Assembly (NCBI GenBank): GCA_039187775.1
Contig: JBCCZL010000024.1
Span: forward strand, 1-32,674
Length of the DNA stretch: 32,674 bases
Origin: Myxococcota bacterium
GTDB lineage: Bacteria; Myxococcota_A; Polyangia; Polyangiales; JBCCZL01
Direction of reading: 5' to 3'
In this document: piece by piece, positions 30,743 through 32,674 of the stretch
Layout of the letters: each line of letters begins with the position of its first letter
Numbering within the stretch: position 1 is the stretch's first letter
Made by a program: the position numbers and the translations under genes
Notes under the pieces: model-generated
What the model was told of the DNA's origin: nothing
What the model saw: the letters and a program-made list of their open reading frames with translations, nothing else
Database searches by the model: none

Positions 30743-30870
30743 CGGGGACGAGGTAATTTGTCGCAACAAACGGGGACGAGGTAATTTGTTGCCTCACCAC
30801 AACAAACGGGGACGAGGTAATTTGTTGCCTCACCACGATCGCTAACCTGCCGAAATCATGCGGCCAGGTT
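30743..30870. repeat. three tandem, progressively longer copies of the palindromic repeat unit (GCAACAAACGGGGACGAGGTAATTTGTTGC[CTCACCAC[GATCGCTAACC...]])
   Basis: The copies start at about 30743, 30771 and 30807. Each forms the hairpin GCAACAAA-cggggacgaggtaa-TTTGTTGC (perfect 8-bp stem). Only the third is full length (CCTCACCACGATCGCTAACCTGCCGAAATCATG), matching the 10432 unit and its inner extension. Confidence 0.65.
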
Positions 30871-30913
30871 CATCGGTGCACGAGCGCCCTCTTGGGACTA
30901 CTGGGTTGCCAGA

Positions 30914-31591
30914 TCAGCTCTCGCCATAGCCGAGGGCGAAGGCGTACAGGGCATCTTCGTGCATCGTTGGCCCCGGCGGGGGGAGCTCCGAGTCGCGGAC
31001 CGCAGAATCGATGCGTTCGTGGATCGCGTGGAACGGCACTCGGTCTCGCACGATCGACGCGGCGAGCCGATGGGCGCGAATGACTTCGTCGTCGAAGGCA
31101 CAGGCGGCGAGAAACGCAGCTTGGGCGGCGTGGGCACGCTGTGCGTAATAGGAACAGTCGGCATCGGCATCGCAGGCAAACGCCGCACAGGCGGCGGCCA
31201 TCGCTGCGTCGTTCGCACGAGCCGACCCCGTGGTTTCTTCGAGCTCACCCGCCGCATTTGCAGCGGCAAATCCATGCGCCCAGCATTCGGAGCCGCTCGC
31301 TTCGCCACGCACCCACGCCGACGCGAGATGAAGGGCCCGACGGGGACGAAACTCTTCGCGCGGGATGCGACCAAGCGACATCCCTGCACAGTCGACGGCA
31401 GCCTGCACCACCAAGCGCCTCGGCACCGCAACCCGAGTGGCGATCTGAAGGAGCCAGTCTCCCCGGTCGCACCGCTCCCATGCCTGACGAAGGTCGGGCT
31501 GGTGCCGCGCCCAGTCGACGAGCACCGGATCGAGCGCCAGGACTTCAAGGGTTCGCTCAAGGTCTCCCACGATGTCACAAACTCGATGCAT
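30914..31591 (-). CDS. hypothetical protein (225 aa), Ala/Cys-rich alpha-helical
   Basis: Clean ORF with high GC3, ending 44 bp from the repeat array. No motif recognised. Confidence 0.55.
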   Translation of the reverse strand: MHRVCDIVGDLERTLEVLALDPVLVDWARHQPDLRQAWERCDRGDWLLQIATRVAVPRRLVVQAAVDCAGMSLGRIPREEFRPRRALHLASAWVRGEASGSECWAHGFAAANAAGELEETTGSARANDAAMAAACAAFACDADADCSYYAQRAHAAQAAFLAACAFDDEVIRAHRLAASIVRDRVPFHAIHERIDSAVRDSELPPPGPTMHEDALYAFALGYGES

Positions 31592-31760
31592 CCGGCGTTC
31601 CAGAGAGCGAACTCACAATTGTTCGGCGTCGACGGCCCTGGAAGGCGGGTTCGGCGCCCCCAGTCGCGGATTCGATTGGGGCTCTTGTCCCCCAGTCCGC
31701 GCGCTTCCACGTCACGACGGAAAGCTACGCTGCCACCTCACACAGCCCTACACTCGGCGC

Positions 31761-32081
31761 ATGTGTTCCATTCCGCTCGGCCGGCGATCCTTTACCGGAG
31801 GCGTGGTCCTGGCGGTTACCGGCGTGGTCGTGGGATGTCGTCCCAAGGCCGAAAATGGCTTGGACTGCAACGACACATCGTCTCTCAGTCGTCCGGATCG
31901 CCAGACCCGCAGCACCCTAAAATACGTCGAAAGCTCGCCGCACGGAGTCGATCGAAACTGCGAGAACTGCCGCTACTACGAAGTTCGGCGGGCTGGAGAA
32001 TGCGGCGCATGCACCCTGATCCGGGGACCGATCAATCCACTTGGCTACTGTCAGAGCTGGGTCGAAGTCGCCGAAACCTGA
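31761..32081 (+). CDS. high-potential iron-sulfur protein (HiPIP) with Tat-type signal
   Basis: Start at ATG 31761. MCSIPLGRRSFTGGVVLAVTGVVVGC has a twin-arginine motif RRSF. The mature part LKYVESSPHGVDRNCENCRYYEVRRAGECGACTLIRGPINPLGYCQSW has the four HiPIP cysteines (CxxC...C...C..W) and an LKYVE stretch like canonical HiPIPs. Confidence 0.8.
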   Translation: MCSIPLGRRSFTGGVVLAVTGVVVGCRPKAENGLDCNDTSSLSRPDRQTRSTLKYVESSPHGVDRNCENCRYYEVRRAGECGACTLIRGPINPLGYCQSWVEVAET

Positions 32082-32119
32082 TCGCACAGGATTCTCGGCT
32101 TTGATTCTACAATCGCCCC

Positions 32120-32674
32120 GTGGCCAAGATCGATCTTCGTGCGCTCGAGGCGCTTTCCTCCACCGTCCTTCCGCGTTTCGGTGACGCGCTTCGCGAAAGC
32201 GGCTTCGACGAAAGCTTCGTCGGAACCACGGAGCGCCTCGCCCCGAATCAGTTCGATCCAGTTCGGCTGCCGCTGGTTCACTATCACCTGCGCGCGATGG
32301 ACGCGCCCGCGGCGGTCGTCGCCCGGGTGTTCGCCTACGACGATCCCGTCAGCGAGGCGGAGCTAACCAGCGTCCTCGGCGGCGACGTCACCGATGCGCT
32401 TTCCGATGCCAAGGTCCTCACCGAAGCGGAAGAAAAGAACCACCTGGCCTCCGCGCTTCGCCTCATGCCGTTCTTCGGCACCTACGTTCTCTCCGATCCG
32501 TTTGACGCCGTGGACCCGGTGATGGGACCGGGAGCCACGACCGCCGAGCTCGCGCGCATCCTTCCTCCCAAGCTCACCGGGAAATGCCTCGACGTGGGCG
32601 CGGGGAGCGGCTCGCTCGCGCTGGTGATGAAGGCCCGCGGCGCGGAGCGGGTCGTCGCGGTGGATCTCGACGGC
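32120..32674 (+). CDS. class I SAM-dependent methyltransferase (5' part; continues beyond window end)
   Basis: The frame is open from GTG 32120 to the window end. Motif I is CLDVGAGSGSLALVM and the acidic post-I motif is VVAVDLDG. It is not in the ORF track because it is truncated. Confidence 0.6.
   Translation, partial: MAKIDLRALEALSSTVLPRFGDALRESGFDESFVGTTERLAPNQFDPVRLPLVHYHLRAMDAPAAVVARVFAYDDPVSEAELTSVLGGDVTDALSDAKVLTEAEEKNHLASALRLMPFFGTYVLSDPFDAVDPVMGPGATTAELARILPPKLTGKCLDVGAGSGSLALVMKARGAERVVAVDLDG

Noticed and set aside
29615-30769. 384-aa minus-strand ORF spanning the App1-like gene and the repeat cassette
   Set aside because: Antisense to the DxDxT phosphatase frame and reads through the palindromic repeats (yielding NGDEVI... 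from the repeat). Artefact.
30898-32104. 270-aa minus-strand and 381-aa + strand ORFs overlapping the 30914..31591 gene and the HiPIP
   Set aside because: They are alternative frames. The 31572..32081 frame contains the unmistakable HiPIP motif, and the 30914..31591 frame has the best GC3 bias, so the others are shadows.

Overview
This 32.7 kb window has about 68% GC and is densely coding. It is almost certainly from a myxobacterium: it carries an 835-aa lipoprotein built from about 21 'Myxococcus cysteine-rich repeats' and many predicted secreted proteins and lipoproteins. I called about 33 CDSs and found no rRNA, tRNA or CRISPR. Left to right, the genes are as follows. An EAL gene, truncated at the left edge, sits next to an FHA-GGDEF gene, together a c-di-GMP pair. 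Then come a GFA-family protein, the giant Cys-repeat lipoprotein, a bacterioferritin-like protein and a secreted GH5 (mannanase-like) hydrolase. After these are a hypothetical lipoprotein, a PHB-depolymerase-family esterase and a Cys-rich lipoprotein. From about 25.8 kb down to 11.4 kb there is a 14 kb run of genes all on the minus strand. It contains an NfeD/YqiJ-like membrane protein, a flotillin (SPFH) protein and a 1801-aa coiled-coil protein with one AAA_5 (MoxR/McrB-like) ATPase module only 9 nt downstream of flotillin. It continues with ChaC, a molybdopterin (Mo-bisPGD) oxidoreductase, YaaA, an ECF sigma factor, a zinc anti-sigma (ZAS) factor and a tandem-rhodanese lipoprotein. The right end holds an ExbD-like protein, an outer-membrane beta-barrel with a (SSSAT)n repeat, a sigma-70 region-2-only mini-protein and an App1/DUF2183-like DxDxT phosphatase. 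Further right are a small ORF boxed in by inverted repeat units, a HiPIP with a Tat signal and a methyltransferase truncated at the right edge. The two things most worth follow-up are these. First, the NfeD-flotillin-giant AAA_5 ATPase operon, a candidate undescribed membrane-microdomain-associated machine. Second, a structured palindromic repeat family that forms a roughly 200-bp MITE-like element at 10.4 kb, supplying the stop codon of the esterase gene, and flanks an 89-aa ORF with a strong RBS at 30.3-30.9 kb.
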